This document shows, piece after piece, positions 1 through 11,677 of a stretch of 64,000 bases of DNA. The notes beneath the pieces were generated by a model. It worked only from the letters and a program-made list of their open reading frames with translations, made no database searches and was not told the DNA's origin. Within the stretch, counting starts at the first letter, position 1. Every line of letters begins with the position of its first letter. The position numbers were made by a program, and so were the translations under genes. The stretch comes from an uncultured Actinomycetes bacterium (GTDB lineage: Bacteria > Actinomycetota > Thermoleophilia > UBA2241). The stretch covers positions 3,321 through 67,320 of the forward strand of contig CAWCWZ010000060.1 in assembly GCA_963799395.1 (NCBI GenBank), in the 5' to 3' direction.

Positions 1-92
1 GCGTTAATCGATTCCCGTCCCGAACATTCGTTCATCCCCCGCCCCGCGAACTCGCGGCGGCGTCGCCGGTAGCCCTTCTGGGGCAAGTCGAG

Positions 93-1508
93 GTGACCAT
101 GAGAATCCGCATGATCGAGCCCGAACCGCCCGACATGAACATCTACAGCATGATCCAGCTGCCGCGGCTCGGACTGCCGATCATCGGCGCGACGCTCAAG
201 GCCGCCGGCCACGACGTCCGCATCTACAACTCCAACATCGCGCCGATCGACTGGAACGACGTCAACGCCGCCGACCTCGTGGGCATCTCCACGACCACCT
301 CCACCGTGACCGAAGGCTACCGGTTCGCCGACCAGTGCCGCGAGCGCGGGATCCCCGTCATCATGGGAGGGTCGCACGTCACCTTCATGGCCGACGAAGC
401 CCTCGAACACACCGACTTCGTGGCCCGCGGCGAGGGCGGCGAGAAGCTCATGCTCGAGCTCATCGCCGCGCTCGAGTCGGGGGGCCCGTTCGACGGCATC
501 AAGGGCCTGTCGTTCACCCGCGACGGCGAGGCCGTGCACAACGAGGCGCGCGGCCAGTGCACGGTGCTCGACGAGCTGCCGTTCCCCGACCTCTCGCTGA
601 TCCACGGCTACGAGAACATGAAGACGATGCCGATCATGACGAGCTGGGGTTGCCCGTTCCACTGCAACTTCTGCTCGGTCACGGCCATGTTCGGCCGCAA
701 GTATCGCTTCCGCAGCGCCGAGAACATCATCGCCGAGCTCAAGGAGCGTCAGCCCCGCAAGATCTTCTTCTACGACGACAACATCGCCGCCGACAAGAAG
801 CGCCTCAAGGAGCTGCTGCAGCGCATGCTCGACGAAGACATTGTCGTGCCCTGGTCGGCCCAGATGCGCACCGACGTGGTGCGCGACCGCGAGCTGCTCG
901 ACCTCATGCACCGCACCGGCTGCTTTCGCGCCTACCTCGGCCTCGAGTCGGTCAACCAGGCGACCCTCGATGCCTTCGACAAGCACCAGAGCGTCGACGA
1001 CATCGTGCAGGCCATCCGCATCCTCCACGAGCACGGCATCGAGTCACACGGCATGTTCGTGCTGGGGGCCGACACCGACACCAAGGAGTCGGTGCGCGAC
1101 ACCGTCAGGTTCGCCATGAAGAACCACATCGACACCATCCAGCTCGCGGCGCTGACGCCGCTGCCCGGCACGCCCCTGTACGAAGAGCTCGACGCCGCCG
1201 GCCGCATCTTCGACAAGCGCTGGTATCTCTTCGACGCCCAGCACGTGGTCTTCGAACCGGCCAACATGACCGCCTACGAACTGCAGCTCGAAGCCTTGCG
1301 CGGCTACATGAAGTTCTACTCGCTGCGGCAGTGGGCGAAGTACTTCTTCACCTTCCGCTTCACCAAGCTGCTGTTCCAGACCTGGGGCTGGTGGATCGTG
1401 CGGATGTGGCGCAAGAACAAGGCCAATCAGGCCTTCATGGCCTCGCTCAAGAAGCTGCCGCGGCCCCACGCCCAGAAGCTCATGCAGCCCTCCGGATCGA
1501 AGCGCTGA
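93..1508 (+). CDS. Cobalamin (B12)-binding radical SAM protein with DUF4070-like C-terminus
   Basis: N-terminal B12-binding-like domain followed by the radical SAM motif WGCPFHCNFC (CxxxCxxC). GTG start at 93. Intact 471 aa ORF. Confidence 0.8.
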   Translation: MTMRIRMIEPEPPDMNIYSMIQLPRLGLPIIGATLKAAGHDVRIYNSNIAPIDWNDVNAADLVGISTTTSTVTEGYRFADQCRERGIPVIMGGSHVTFMADEALEHTDFVARGEGGEKLMLELIAALESGGPFDGIKGLSFTRDGEAVHNEARGQCTVLDELPFPDLSLIHGYENMKTMPIMTSWGCPFHCNFCSVTAMFGRKYRFRSAENIIAELKERQPRKIFFYDDNIAADKKRLKELLQRMLDEDIVVPWSAQMRTDVVRDRELLDLMHRTGCFRAYLGLESVNQATLDAFDKHQSVDDIVQAIRILHEHGIESHGMFVLGADTDTKESVRDTVRFAMKNHIDTIQLAALTPLPGTPLYEELDAAGRIFDKRWYLFDAQHVVFEPANMTAYELQLEALRGYMKFYSLRQWAKYFFTFRFTKLLFQTWGWWIVRMWRKNKANQAFMASLKKLPRPHAQKLMQPSGSKR

Positions 1509-1551
1509 CACCCCGTCCCCGGCGGCGGCGCCGGCCGCGACCGTGCGGGCG

Positions 1552-2133
1552 TCAGCCGGCGAGTGCGACGATCTCGTAGACGACGAGCGTGATGTAGACG
1601 CAGACCAGCCCGACGCTCGCGATCGCCACGATGCGGCGGCGGCGCTGGGTCCACAGAAAGAGCGCGCCGGCCGTCACGACGGCCATCTTGATGAGCGCCG
1701 CCGGCACGAACCCGAAGCGCAGAAAGAGCCCCATGACGGCGTTGGCCTCGGTCGCGCCGAGGGCGAGCGCGCGGCGCGTCAGCAGAGCGTCCTCGAGATT
1801 GAGCAGCCAGAGGGCGACGAGCGCGACCGTGACGACCAGCGCCCGGGTGCGGAGGGCCGGCAACGGCGTGGCGCAGGCGCACGGCGGCGCGACGCCGAGA
1901 CCGGCGCCCGGCACGTACGGCACGACCGAGACCCGGCCGCAGGCGGGGCAGGTGTGCACGACGGCGAGGCCGGCTCCGTGTGGTTCGAGACGCGGCGCCC
2001 GTCGCAGGCGCCGCTCGGGTCCGCGGTAGGCGGCAAGCACGGCGGCCCGCCGCTCGCGCCTGATCTCGGCGCCCCGCAGGGCGACCGACAACGTCTCGTC
2101 GACTCCCGGGTCGACAACGACCACCGTGCTCAT
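1552..2133 (-). CDS. Hypothetical integral membrane protein with N-terminal CPxCG zinc-ribbon-like motif
   Basis: 193 aa ORF with a CPACG...CAC motif followed by about 4 predicted TM helices. The start codon is uncertain and no clear SD is seen. Confidence 0.4.
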   Translation of the reverse strand: MSTVVVVDPGVDETLSVALRGAEIRRERRAAVLAAYRGPERRLRRAPRLEPHGAGLAVVHTCPACGRVSVVPYVPGAGLGVAPPCACATPLPALRTRALVVTVALVALWLLNLEDALLTRRALALGATEANAVMGLFLRFGFVPAALIKMAVVTAGALFLWTQRRRRIVAIASVGLVCVYITLVVYEIVALAG

Positions 2134-2424
2134 CGTGATGATCGCGGCGGCAGCCGCCGGCCAGTGATGTTCAAGGCCCGGATCACACCGTCACCCCCCT
2201 TGTCGCGCACTGTATCCCCAGAGCGCCTCCGACGCCAACCGGGGGCGCCGTTAGGGCGGCCGGCGGCTTGTAAAGCCGGTGGGGCGATGGTACGGTACCC
2301 CGGACCTTCGCAGGAGCCATCGGGGGTCGTTTTTCGAAGCTGGTGGCTGCCGCACTGGGCGGCAACGGCGCTCACCTCGTGGGTGCGAAGACCGAGTCGT
2401 CGTACCCCCGCAAGGAGGCGATGC

Positions 2425-3444
2425 ATGAAGCGTAATCGCAGACTCTTCCTTCTCGCCCTCGCCGCCCTCCTCGTCCTCCCCTTCGTCCTCCCCTCCACCG
2501 CCGCCGCCGACACGATCGCCCAGAAGCGCGCCCACGCGCGGGCCATCATGGGCGAGCTCGCCACGCTCGACGTCAAGATGGAGAAGGTCGTCGAGCGCTA
2601 CGACGCGGCGACGAGCAAGCTGGCCGCGATCAAGGCTCACATCGCCCAGAACCAGCAAACCCTCGCCGTCACCCGCTACAACCTGCAGATGGCCAAGAGC
2701 CAGCTCGAGCAGCGGGTCGTGGCCATGTACAAGCAGCGGCCCGTCGAGCTGCTCGACGTGATCGTCGCCACCAAGAGCTTCTCGTCGATGGTCGACCAGC
2801 TCGACATGCTCAACCGGGTGGGCACGAGCGACTCGACCATGGTCGACTCGATCGGCAGCTACCAGACGGCGATCAAGGCCGCCCAGAAGTCGCTTGTCAC
2901 CGACCGCACGGCCGCCGAGCAGGTCGTGGCCCAGCGCGCCACCGAAAAGGCCGGGGTCGAAAGCGCCCTCGCCGCGCGCCGGTCGATGCTGCGCGGCGTC
3001 AAGGCCCAGATCGCTCAGCTTCTCGCGCAGCAGAGCCAGGCAGCCGAGCGGGCCGCCCAGAGCTCGGGCGCCTATCTACCGCCGGCCCAGCCCGTCAATC
3101 CCGACCACAGCAGCGTGGTGGCCTTCGCCGCAAGCTACGTTGGCAAGGTGCCCTACGTGTGGGGCGGCTCGTCGCCCACCGCCGGCTTCGATTGCTCCGG
3201 CTTCACCATGTACGTCTACTCCAACTTCGGCGTGAGCCTGCCGCACAACGCGGCCGCCCAGCAGGCCTGCACGACGCCGGTGCCCGCCGGACAGGAGCAG
3301 CCCGGCGACCTCGTGTTCTTCGGTGATCCGGCCTACCACGTCGGCATCTACGCCGGCGGCGGCAGCATCATCGACGCGCCCTGCACGGGCAGAGACGTCA
3401 GCTACGACTCCGCCGCCGGGGCATCGGGGTTCGGCCGGCCCTGA
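2425..3444 (+). CDS. NlpC/P60 family peptidoglycan endopeptidase (RipA/CwlO-like)
   Basis: ATG at 2425 preceded by AAGGAGG. Signal peptide (RLFLLALAALLVLPFVL), long coiled-coil region and a C-terminal P60 catalytic domain (VWGGSSPTAGFDCSGF...H...). The upstream part of the six-frame ORF is spurious read-through. Confidence 0.8.
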   Translation: MKRNRRLFLLALAALLVLPFVLPSTAAADTIAQKRAHARAIMGELATLDVKMEKVVERYDAATSKLAAIKAHIAQNQQTLAVTRYNLQMAKSQLEQRVVAMYKQRPVELLDVIVATKSFSSMVDQLDMLNRVGTSDSTMVDSIGSYQTAIKAAQKSLVTDRTAAEQVVAQRATEKAGVESALAARRSMLRGVKAQIAQLLAQQSQAAERAAQSSGAYLPPAQPVNPDHSSVVAFAASYVGKVPYVWGGSSPTAGFDCSGFTMYVYSNFGVSLPHNAAAQQACTTPVPAGQEQPGDLVFFGDPAYHVGIYAGGGSIIDAPCTGRDVSYDSAAGASGFGRP

Positions 3445-3603
3445 TCCCCGGCGACCGGCGCTGAGCGCCGGCCCCTCGCCGCGCCCGACCGGCGGCCGCG
3501 GCGCCCCCGCCACAGACTCACTTCGCACCTCAAAGGTAAACATCTGCGGCCGCCGGCCGATTATGAAGGGGGACCCGGTGTCGGCAGATGGAGATGACGC
3601 GAC

Positions 3604-4695
3604 GTGAAGACGGTAGACGAGCTGCTCCACGAGATGGTCGCGCGCACTGCCTCCGACCTGCACATCAAGGCCGGCAGCCCTCCGGTCGTGCGCGTCGACG
3701 GCGAGCTGCACCTGCTCGACGAGCCGGTGCTGTCGCCCGAGGACACCAAAGACGCGGCCGCCTCGATCATGACCGACAAGCAGATCCGCCGCTTCAGCGA
3801 GCACAACGAGATCGACTTCGCCTACTCGGCGCCATCCATCGGCCGCTTCCGCGTGAACATCTACCGCCAGCGCGGCAGCATCTCGGTCGCCATGCGCCAG
3901 GTGGCGACGCAGATCCCTTCGTTCGAGGACCTGCACCTGCCCGAGGTCATCAAGCGCCTCGCGCTCGAGCCCCGCGGCCTGTTGCTCGTGACGGGCACCA
4001 CGGGGTCGGGCAAGACGACCACCCTGGCGGCCATGATCGACCACATCAACAACACCATGCGTAAGCACATCGTGACGATCGAAGACCCCATCGAGGTGCT
4101 GCACAAGGACCGCAAGGCGATCATCAACCAGCGTGAGATCGGCCTCGACACCGAATCGTACTCGTCGGCTCTCAAGTACGTGCTGCGGCAGGACCCCGAC
4201 GACATCCTGATCGGCGAGATGCGCGACGTCGAGACCGTCTCGGCGGCGCTCACCGCCGCCCAGACCGGCCACTTCGTGATGAGCACGCTGCACACGATCG
4301 ACGCCACCGAGACCATCAACCGCATCATCGACTTCTTCCCGCTCCACCAGCAGAAGCAGGTGCGCATCATGCTGGCCGGCACGTTGCGCGGCATCATCTC
4401 GCAGCGTCTGCTGCCCCGCGCCGACGGCCAGGGCCGCGTGCCAGCCATCGAGGTCATGGTGATGACCGCGCGTATCCGCGACTTCGTCCTCGACCCCGAC
4501 CAGACCGCGATGATCGCCCAGGCCATCCGCGAGGGCGAGTTCTACGGCATGACGACCTTCGACCAGGCGCTGCTGAGCCTCTACGAGCAGGGTCTGATCA
4601 CGCTGCACGACGCCGCCCAGGTGGCCAGCAACCCGCACGACTTCAAGCTGCTCGTGCAGGCCCAGGGGCACGACGTCAGCCTGATGACCTTCTAG
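3604..4695 (+). CDS. pilT: Type IV pilus retraction ATPase PilT
   Basis: Walker A motif GTTGSGKTTT plus the characteristic PilT/GspE family motifs along a 363 aa ORF. GTG start, TAG stop. Confidence 0.9.
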   Translation: MKTVDELLHEMVARTASDLHIKAGSPPVVRVDGELHLLDEPVLSPEDTKDAAASIMTDKQIRRFSEHNEIDFAYSAPSIGRFRVNIYRQRGSISVAMRQVATQIPSFEDLHLPEVIKRLALEPRGLLLVTGTTGSGKTTTLAAMIDHINNTMRKHIVTIEDPIEVLHKDRKAIINQREIGLDTESYSSALKYVLRQDPDDILIGEMRDVETVSAALTAAQTGHFVMSTLHTIDATETINRIIDFFPLHQQKQVRIMLAGTLRGIISQRLLPRADGQGRVPAIEVMVMTARIRDFVLDPDQTAMIAQAIREGEFYGMTTFDQALLSLYEQGLITLHDAAQVASNPHDFKLLVQAQGHDVSLMTF

Positions 4696-4807
4696 AAACG
4701 GGCGCGAAGCGGCTCGCCCGGGCCCGTCCGGGCGCCCTCGGCGCTCGAGACGGACTCCCAGTCGCGGCGCCGGCCCCGTGAGCGCCGCGGCGGCGCGGCC
4801 CCCGCGG

Positions 4808-5491
4808 CTACTGCAGGACCTTGCGGCTTTCGAGGTGCAGGTCGACCTTGCGCTTGATGCGCTGGAGGGCGTTGTCGACGGTCTTGCAGTCGCAGTCGAG
4901 CCGGCGAGCGATCTTTTCGTAGGACAAGCCCTGCAGGTACAGCCGCAGCACCCGGCTCTCGAGGTTGGAGAGCAGGCGGGTGAGGCAGTGCTTGAGGCTC
5001 TCGACCTCTTCGGAGGAGATCACCTGGTTGACCGGGTCGTTCACCGACGAGCCCGGGAGGATGTCGGCCAGGCTGCATTCGCTGTCGTCGCCGGCGTCGC
5101 CCGGCGTGTGGCTGAACGACAGGTAGCCGTTGAGCGGCACGTGCTTCTGGCGCGTGGCGGTCTTGATGGCGGTGATGATCTGGCGGGTGATGCAGAGCTC
5201 GGCGAAGCTGCGAAACGACGCCTGGCGGTCGTCGCGATAGTCGCGCACCGCCTTGTAGAGGCCGACCATGCCCTCCTGGATCAGATCTTCGGAGTCGCCG
5301 CCGGCGAGAAAGTACGAGCTCGCCTTGAGCCGCACGAACTGGTGATAGCGCAGGATCAGGGCGTTCAGGGCGCCCTGATTGCCGCGGCGGTAGGAGTTGA
5401 CGAGAGCGAGATCGGAACTCTCTGAGTGGACTTGAGGGTTAGAAAGGCGACCAGCCGATCGGCTGTTGTCGGCCTGTCGCCGCTGCGTCAT
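4808..5491 (-). CDS. sigH: Sporulation-type RNA polymerase sigma factor SigH (Spo0H-like)
   Basis: Strong resemblance to B. subtilis SigH across regions 2 and 4 (YFLAGGDSEDLIQEGMVGLYKAVRDY... FAELCITRQIITAIKTATRQKHVPLN). It lies downstream of yacP, as in Bacillus. Confidence 0.85.
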   Translation of the reverse strand: MTQRRQADNSRSAGRLSNPQVHSESSDLALVNSYRRGNQGALNALILRYHQFVRLKASSYFLAGGDSEDLIQEGMVGLYKAVRDYRDDRQASFRSFAELCITRQIITAIKTATRQKHVPLNGYLSFSHTPGDAGDDSECSLADILPGSSVNDPVNQVISSEEVESLKHCLTRLLSNLESRVLRLYLQGLSYEKIARRLDCDCKTVDNALQRIKRKVDLHLESRKVLQ

Positions 5492-5528
5492 GCCTTCTGA
5501 CCCCCCGAGCTGAGCCTGAGTGGTGCGG

Positions 5529-6044
5529 CTACCCGCCCTCCCGCCTCAGGCGTTCCAGCTTGCGCCAAGTCTCAAGGTCAAGTTTATCCTCAAGTGTTGT
5601 CGGTATTGTACTGGTCTTCTCGTCGTTTGCAAGCTCCTTGTGAATGACGCCGATCTCGGCCCCGAGCTCGCGCGGGGTCATGCGGCGCACGCCGGCCCGC
5701 GTCGCCGTGCGCTGCACCTCGTAGTCGGCCGAGACGACGACGATGGCCGCATCGGCCGGCTCGCCGGCGATGCGCCGCGCGATCATCTCGTCGGCCGACT
5801 GCGAGCCGCCGGCGAAGCACACCTCGACCCGCGTGCCGGCGAGGCGCTCGCAGGTCGACCGGGGTTGGGCGTGGGCGTCGAAGACCAGGGTGACATCGGC
5901 GCCGCGCAGCGCCGCGAAGCCGGCGAGCTGGTCGCCCAGCCAGCGGCGCCGGTCCTCGAGCTCCTCGCGGCGCAGGCCGGGAAACAGGGCGTGCAGGACG
6001 TTGTAGCCGTCGACGATGTACGAGTCGTGAGCGCCCGCGGTCAT
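5529..6044 (-). CDS. yacP: YacP-like NYN/PIN domain ribonuclease (Rae1 family)
   Basis: ATG at 6044 preceded by GGGGGAGG. NYN-domain motifs (YIVDGYNV). It sits between rlmB and sigH, matching Bacillus synteny. Confidence 0.7.
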   Translation of the reverse strand: MTAGAHDSYIVDGYNVLHALFPGLRREELEDRRRWLGDQLAGFAALRGADVTLVFDAHAQPRSTCERLAGTRVEVCFAGGSQSADEMIARRIAGEPADAAIVVVSADYEVQRTATRAGVRRMTPRELGAEIGVIHKELANDEKTSTIPTTLEDKLDLETWRKLERLRREGG

Positions 6045-6048
6045 GGGG

Positions 6049-6867
6049 TCAGCCTCCCCCGGCGGAGCCGGGCTCAGGCCCGGGCGGCGCGGACGCGGCC
6101 GCGCAGCGTTGGCGGCGTGCCTCGAAGAGGAACAGGGCGGCGGCAACGCTCACGTTGAGACTGTCGACCGGACCCTGCATGGGGATCGCCGCGAGCTCGT
6201 CGCAGGCGCGGCGCACCAGCGGTCGCAGCCCGCGGCCCTCGGCGCCGAACACGAGCGTCACCTTGCCGCCGAGATCGAGGGCATCGTAGGGGCGGTCGGC
6301 GTCGCCGGCCGCCCCGTACACCCAGTACCCGGCCTGCTTGCACTCACGGACGAAGGCGACGACGTTCGTCACGTGGGCGATGTCCAGATGTTCGCTTGCT
6401 CCCGCCGACGCCTTGACGGCGGCCGGCGTGACCGCGGCCGAGCGATGCCGGGGCAGCGCGAGGCCGCCGGCGCCGGCGGCGAGCGCGCTGCGCGCGACGG
6501 CGCCGAGGTTGCGGGGGTCGGTCACTTCGTCGAGCACGACGAGCAGGTCGCAGCCCAGCAGCACGTCGGGGGCGACGTACGGGTAGTCGCCCACGAGGCA
6601 GGCCACCCCCTGGTGCTCGTGGCTGCCGGTCAGCTGCTGCAGTTCGCGCGGCTCCGCGCGTTCGACCTCGAGACCCGCAGGCGCGCCGGCGGCGGCGCGC
6701 CGACCTGTTCGCGAGTCTGCGGGCCGGGCTTCCGGCTCCGCCGCGGCGACGCCGTGGGCGGACAGCCAGGCCGCGCCCTCGGGGGTGGCCAGGAGCCTGC
6801 GCGGGCGGCGCTTCGCGCCGCCCGCGCAGGCCAGACGCACGACTTGGCGGCCGTAGATCCAGTCCAC
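6049..6867 (-). CDS. rlmB: 23S rRNA (guanosine-2'-O)-methyltransferase RlmB (SpoU/TrmH family)
   Basis: SpoU MTase motifs (LDEVTDPRNLGAVARSA, GAEGRGLRPLVRRACDELAAIPMQGPVDSLNVSVAAALFLFE). Probable GTG start near 6867. The upstream 75 aa of the six-frame ORF would overlap the cysS 3' end and are rejected. Confidence 0.75.
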   Translation of the reverse strand: MDWIYGRQVVRLACAGGAKRRPRRLLATPEGAAWLSAHGVAAAEPEARPADSRTGRRAAAGAPAGLEVERAEPRELQQLTGSHEHQGVACLVGDYPYVAPDVLLGCDLLVVLDEVTDPRNLGAVARSALAAGAGGLALPRHRSAAVTPAAVKASAGASEHLDIAHVTNVVAFVRECKQAGYWVYGAAGDADRPYDALDLGGKVTLVFGAEGRGLRPLVRRACDELAAIPMQGPVDSLNVSVAAALFLFEARRQRCAAASAPPGPEPGSAGGG

Positions 6868-6937
6868 GGTCAGAGAGGGGACCGGCGGCCCGCGGCCGCC
6901 GGTCCCGCCGCGCCTCTGCGAAGCGCCGCGCCGGCCA

Positions 6938-8520
<1,583 letters not shown>

Positions 8521-8524
<4 letters not shown>

Positions 8525-10062
8525 CGTGGGTCTCCTTCGGTCGAGTCGGGGGGCGGCGCGGCGGCGGGCGGCGCGGCGGCGGGCGGCGCGGCTGAGTGCG
8601 GCGCGGCGAGGGGCGGTGCGGCGGCGCCGGCGGCCGCGGCGACGCCGGTCGCCGCCGCGAGTCGCTCGAGGGTCTCGCCGGCGGCGAGCGCGGCGAGCAC
8701 GAAGTGCAGCTCGGGACCGTGGTCGCAGCCGGTGAGCGCCTGGCGCAGCGGCATGAGCAGCTCGCGCGGTCCGCAGCCGAACCGCTCCTTGCCCTGCCGG
8801 CGGTAGTCGACCAGCAGGCCGCGGGCCTCGTCGGGCGTGACGTAGGGCTGGGGCGCCGCCCGGCGCAGGTCGGCGAACAGACCGAGGCGGTCGCCGGCGG
8901 CGGCGAGCACCCGCCGCGTCTCGCCGTCGAGGGCGGGCCGGTCGAGGACTGCCGCGGCGAGCTGCGGCACGTCGGCGTAGCGTTCGAGCGAGGGCTTGAA
9001 GGCGGCGGCGAGCGCGGCGACGGCCGGCGCCGGGGCGCCGGCCGCCAGGCGCTCGCCGACCAGGCGCTCGTGCTCGGCGTCGCTCGATCTCATGATCCAC
9101 TGGTGGTTCAGCCAGTCGAGCTTGTGGATGTCGAAGATCGCCGGGCTGGTCGACAGGGCCTCGAGCGCGAAGCCGGCGACGAGCCGGTCGAGGTCGAGGA
9201 CTTCGTCGTCGCCGTGCGACCACGACAGCAGCGCCAGGTAGTTGACGATGGCCTGGGGCAGGTAGCCGAGCTCGCGGTAGTCGCCCACCGCCGTCGCGCC
9301 GTGACGTTTTGACAGCTTGCCGCCGCCCGGCGCCAGGATCATGGCGTGGTGGGCGTAGACGGGCGCCGGCGCGACCGGGTACAGGGCCCGGCGCAGGAGC
9401 TCCTGGCGAGCCGTGTTGGTGAGGTGGTCGTCGCCGCGGATGACGTGGGTGATGGCCATGGCCGCGTCGTCGACGACGGCGGCGAAGTTGTAGCTCGGCA
9501 GGTGGTCGGAGCGCAGGATGATGAAGTCGCCGATCGCCTCGCCGGCGATGGTGATGGGGCCGCGGATGGCGTCGTCGAAGGTCACGTCGCCGGCGGGCAC
9601 GGCAAAGCGCAGCGCGGCCGTCTCGCCGGCGCCGAGACGACGCTGCACCTCGGCGGCATCGAGCCCCCTGCAGCGGCCGTCGTAGCGCGGCGGGCGAGCG
9701 GCCGCGAGCGCCTCGGCGCGCAGCGCGTCGAGCCGCTCCTGGCTGCAGAAGCAGGGGTAGGCGAGGCCCGCGGCGGCGAGGGCGTCGGCCGCTCGACCGT
9801 AGGTCACGGCGCGCTCGGCCTGGCGGTAGGGACCGAACGGACCGCCGCGGTCGGGGCCTTCGTCCCAGTCGAGACCGAGCCAGGCGAGGTCGTCGAGGAT
9901 GGCCTGCTCGAAGCGCTCCTCGGAACGCGCCGCGTCGGTGTCTTCGATGCGTACGACGAAGCTGCCCCGGGCGTGGCGGGCGAAGAGGAAGTTGTAGAGG
10001 GCGGTGCGCGCCGAGCCGATGTGCAGCGTGCCCGTGGGGCTCGGCGCGAAGCGCACTCTCAC
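8521..10062 (-). CDS. gltX: Glutamate--tRNA ligase
   Basis: N-terminus MRVRFAPSPTGTLHIGSARTALYNFLF (HIGH motif) and KLSKR motif. Ala/Pro-rich C-terminal tail encoded by a short GC tandem repeat. Confidence 0.9.
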
Positions 10063-10184
10063 CGTGTGGTCGAGACTGATGGTAACCGCCTTGTGGTCGC
10101 CGCGGCCGACGTCAGCTCGAGTCTACCACCGCCGATACGCCCGAAAGGCCGGGTGATACACTGAGGGGGCCCAAGAGACCCGGC

Positions 10185-11663
10185 ATGAGGAAACCCCAGC
10201 AGACACCCGCCCAGGCGACCACCCCCTACATCGACGCCCTGCTCGGGTACCGGGCCAGCGGCATGGTGCCCTTTCACACGCCCGGGCACAAGCTCGGCAA
10301 GGGGGCGCCGCCGATCATGCGCGAAGCCTTTGGCGCCGCCCTGCTCTCGGTCGACGTCGCCATGGCCGGCGGGGTCGAGGACACGCGCGAGTCGACCGCG
10401 CTCGTGCGGGTCGCCGAAGACCTGGCCGCCGAGGCCTGGGGCGGCGAGCGCTGCTTCTTCCTCGTAAACGGCTCGACCAGCGGTATCCACTCCCTGCTGC
10501 TCGCGCTGGCGGGGCCGGGCGACGGCGTCATCCTGCCGCGCAACGCTCACAAGTCGGTGCAGGCCGCGCTCATCTTCTCGGGCGCTCTGCCGCACTACGT
10601 CGAGCCGGCGATCGATCCGGTCTGGGGCATCCCCCTGAACGTGACGGCCGACCGCGTCGCCGCCGCGGTCGAAGCCCACCCCGAATCCAAGGCCGTGTTC
10701 GTCGTCTCGCCCACCAGCAACGGCGTCTGCGCCGCGCTCGACGCGATCGCCGGCGTGGCCCACGGCGGCGGTCTGCCGCTCGTGGTCGACCAGGCCTGGG
10801 GACCCCACCTGCGGTTCTGCAGCCGTCTGCCGCTCGACGCCATGTCGGCCGCCGCCGACGCCATGGTGGCGAGCACCCACAAGCTGATCAGCGGCCTCAC
10901 GCAGTCGTCGGTGCTCGTGGCCCGCGGCGAGCGACTCCCCCTGCGGCGCCTCGAGAGCATCGTCAAGATGACCCAGAGCACGAGCCCGCAGGTGCTCATC
11001 TACGCCTCGATCGACGCCGCCCGCGCCCAGATGGCCACGCAGGGCGAGGAGCTCTGGGCGCAAGCCGTCGACAACGCCGACTGGATCCGCGAGCGGCTCG
11101 CGCCGCTCGAAGGCGTGCGCGTCCTCGGCGACGAGGTCCTGGCGTCGCCCGGCGTAGCCGATCTCGATCGCACCCGCGTCACGGTGTCGGCCTGCGATCT
11201 CGGCCTCACCGGCTACGAGCTCGAGACGGCCCTGCGCGACGACTACGGCATCGCCGTCGAAGCGGCCGACCCGCTGAACGTGCTGCTCAACGTGACCTAC
11301 GGCGACTCGCGCGACGACGTCGCCCGCTTCGCAACGGCCATGACCGACCTGGCCGCCCGCCGGCGCGGCGCCGGCGGCATCGCCTGTACGACGCCCCTGG
11401 CGAGCTGGCCGCGCTTCACACGCCAGGTCATGAGCCCCCGCGACGCCTTCTTCTCCAGGTCCGAAGCCGTTCCGGTCGGGCGCGCCGCCGGCCGCGTGAG
11501 CGCCGAGATGGTGGCCCCCTACCCGCCCGGCATCCCCATCGTGGCGCCCGGCGAGGAGGTCTCCGACGAGATCGCGGCGTATCTGAGCGAGGCCTCGGCC
11601 CGGGCGCTGCACGTCCACGGCCCCGAGGACCTCTCCCTGGAGACGCTGCGCGTCGTGAGCTGA
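10185..11663 (+). CDS. PLP-dependent Orn/Lys/Arg decarboxylase family protein (SpeA/YaaO-like)
   Basis: 492 aa ORF with fold-I decarboxylase motifs (FHTPGHK, STHKL). Divergently oriented from gltX. Confidence 0.8.
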   Translation: MRKPQQTPAQATTPYIDALLGYRASGMVPFHTPGHKLGKGAPPIMREAFGAALLSVDVAMAGGVEDTRESTALVRVAEDLAAEAWGGERCFFLVNGSTSGIHSLLLALAGPGDGVILPRNAHKSVQAALIFSGALPHYVEPAIDPVWGIPLNVTADRVAAAVEAHPESKAVFVVSPTSNGVCAALDAIAGVAHGGGLPLVVDQAWGPHLRFCSRLPLDAMSAAADAMVASTHKLISGLTQSSVLVARGERLPLRRLESIVKMTQSTSPQVLIYASIDAARAQMATQGEELWAQAVDNADWIRERLAPLEGVRVLGDEVLASPGVADLDRTRVTVSACDLGLTGYELETALRDDYGIAVEAADPLNVLLNVTYGDSRDDVARFATAMTDLAARRRGAGGIACTTPLASWPRFTRQVMSPRDAFFSRSEAVPVGRAAGRVSAEMVAPYPPGIPIVAPGEEVSDEIAAYLSEASARALHVHGPEDLSLETLRVVS

Positions 11664-11677
11664 GGGAGGCGACGACC

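Noticed and set aside
8530-8620. Tandem GC-rich repeat (ggcggcgcggcggcgg units), considered as a possible CRISPR or VNTR
   Set aside because: It lies inside the gltX coding region and encodes an Ala/Pro-rich tail (AAPPAAAPPAAAPP). It has no spacer-repeat architecture and is not intergenic.
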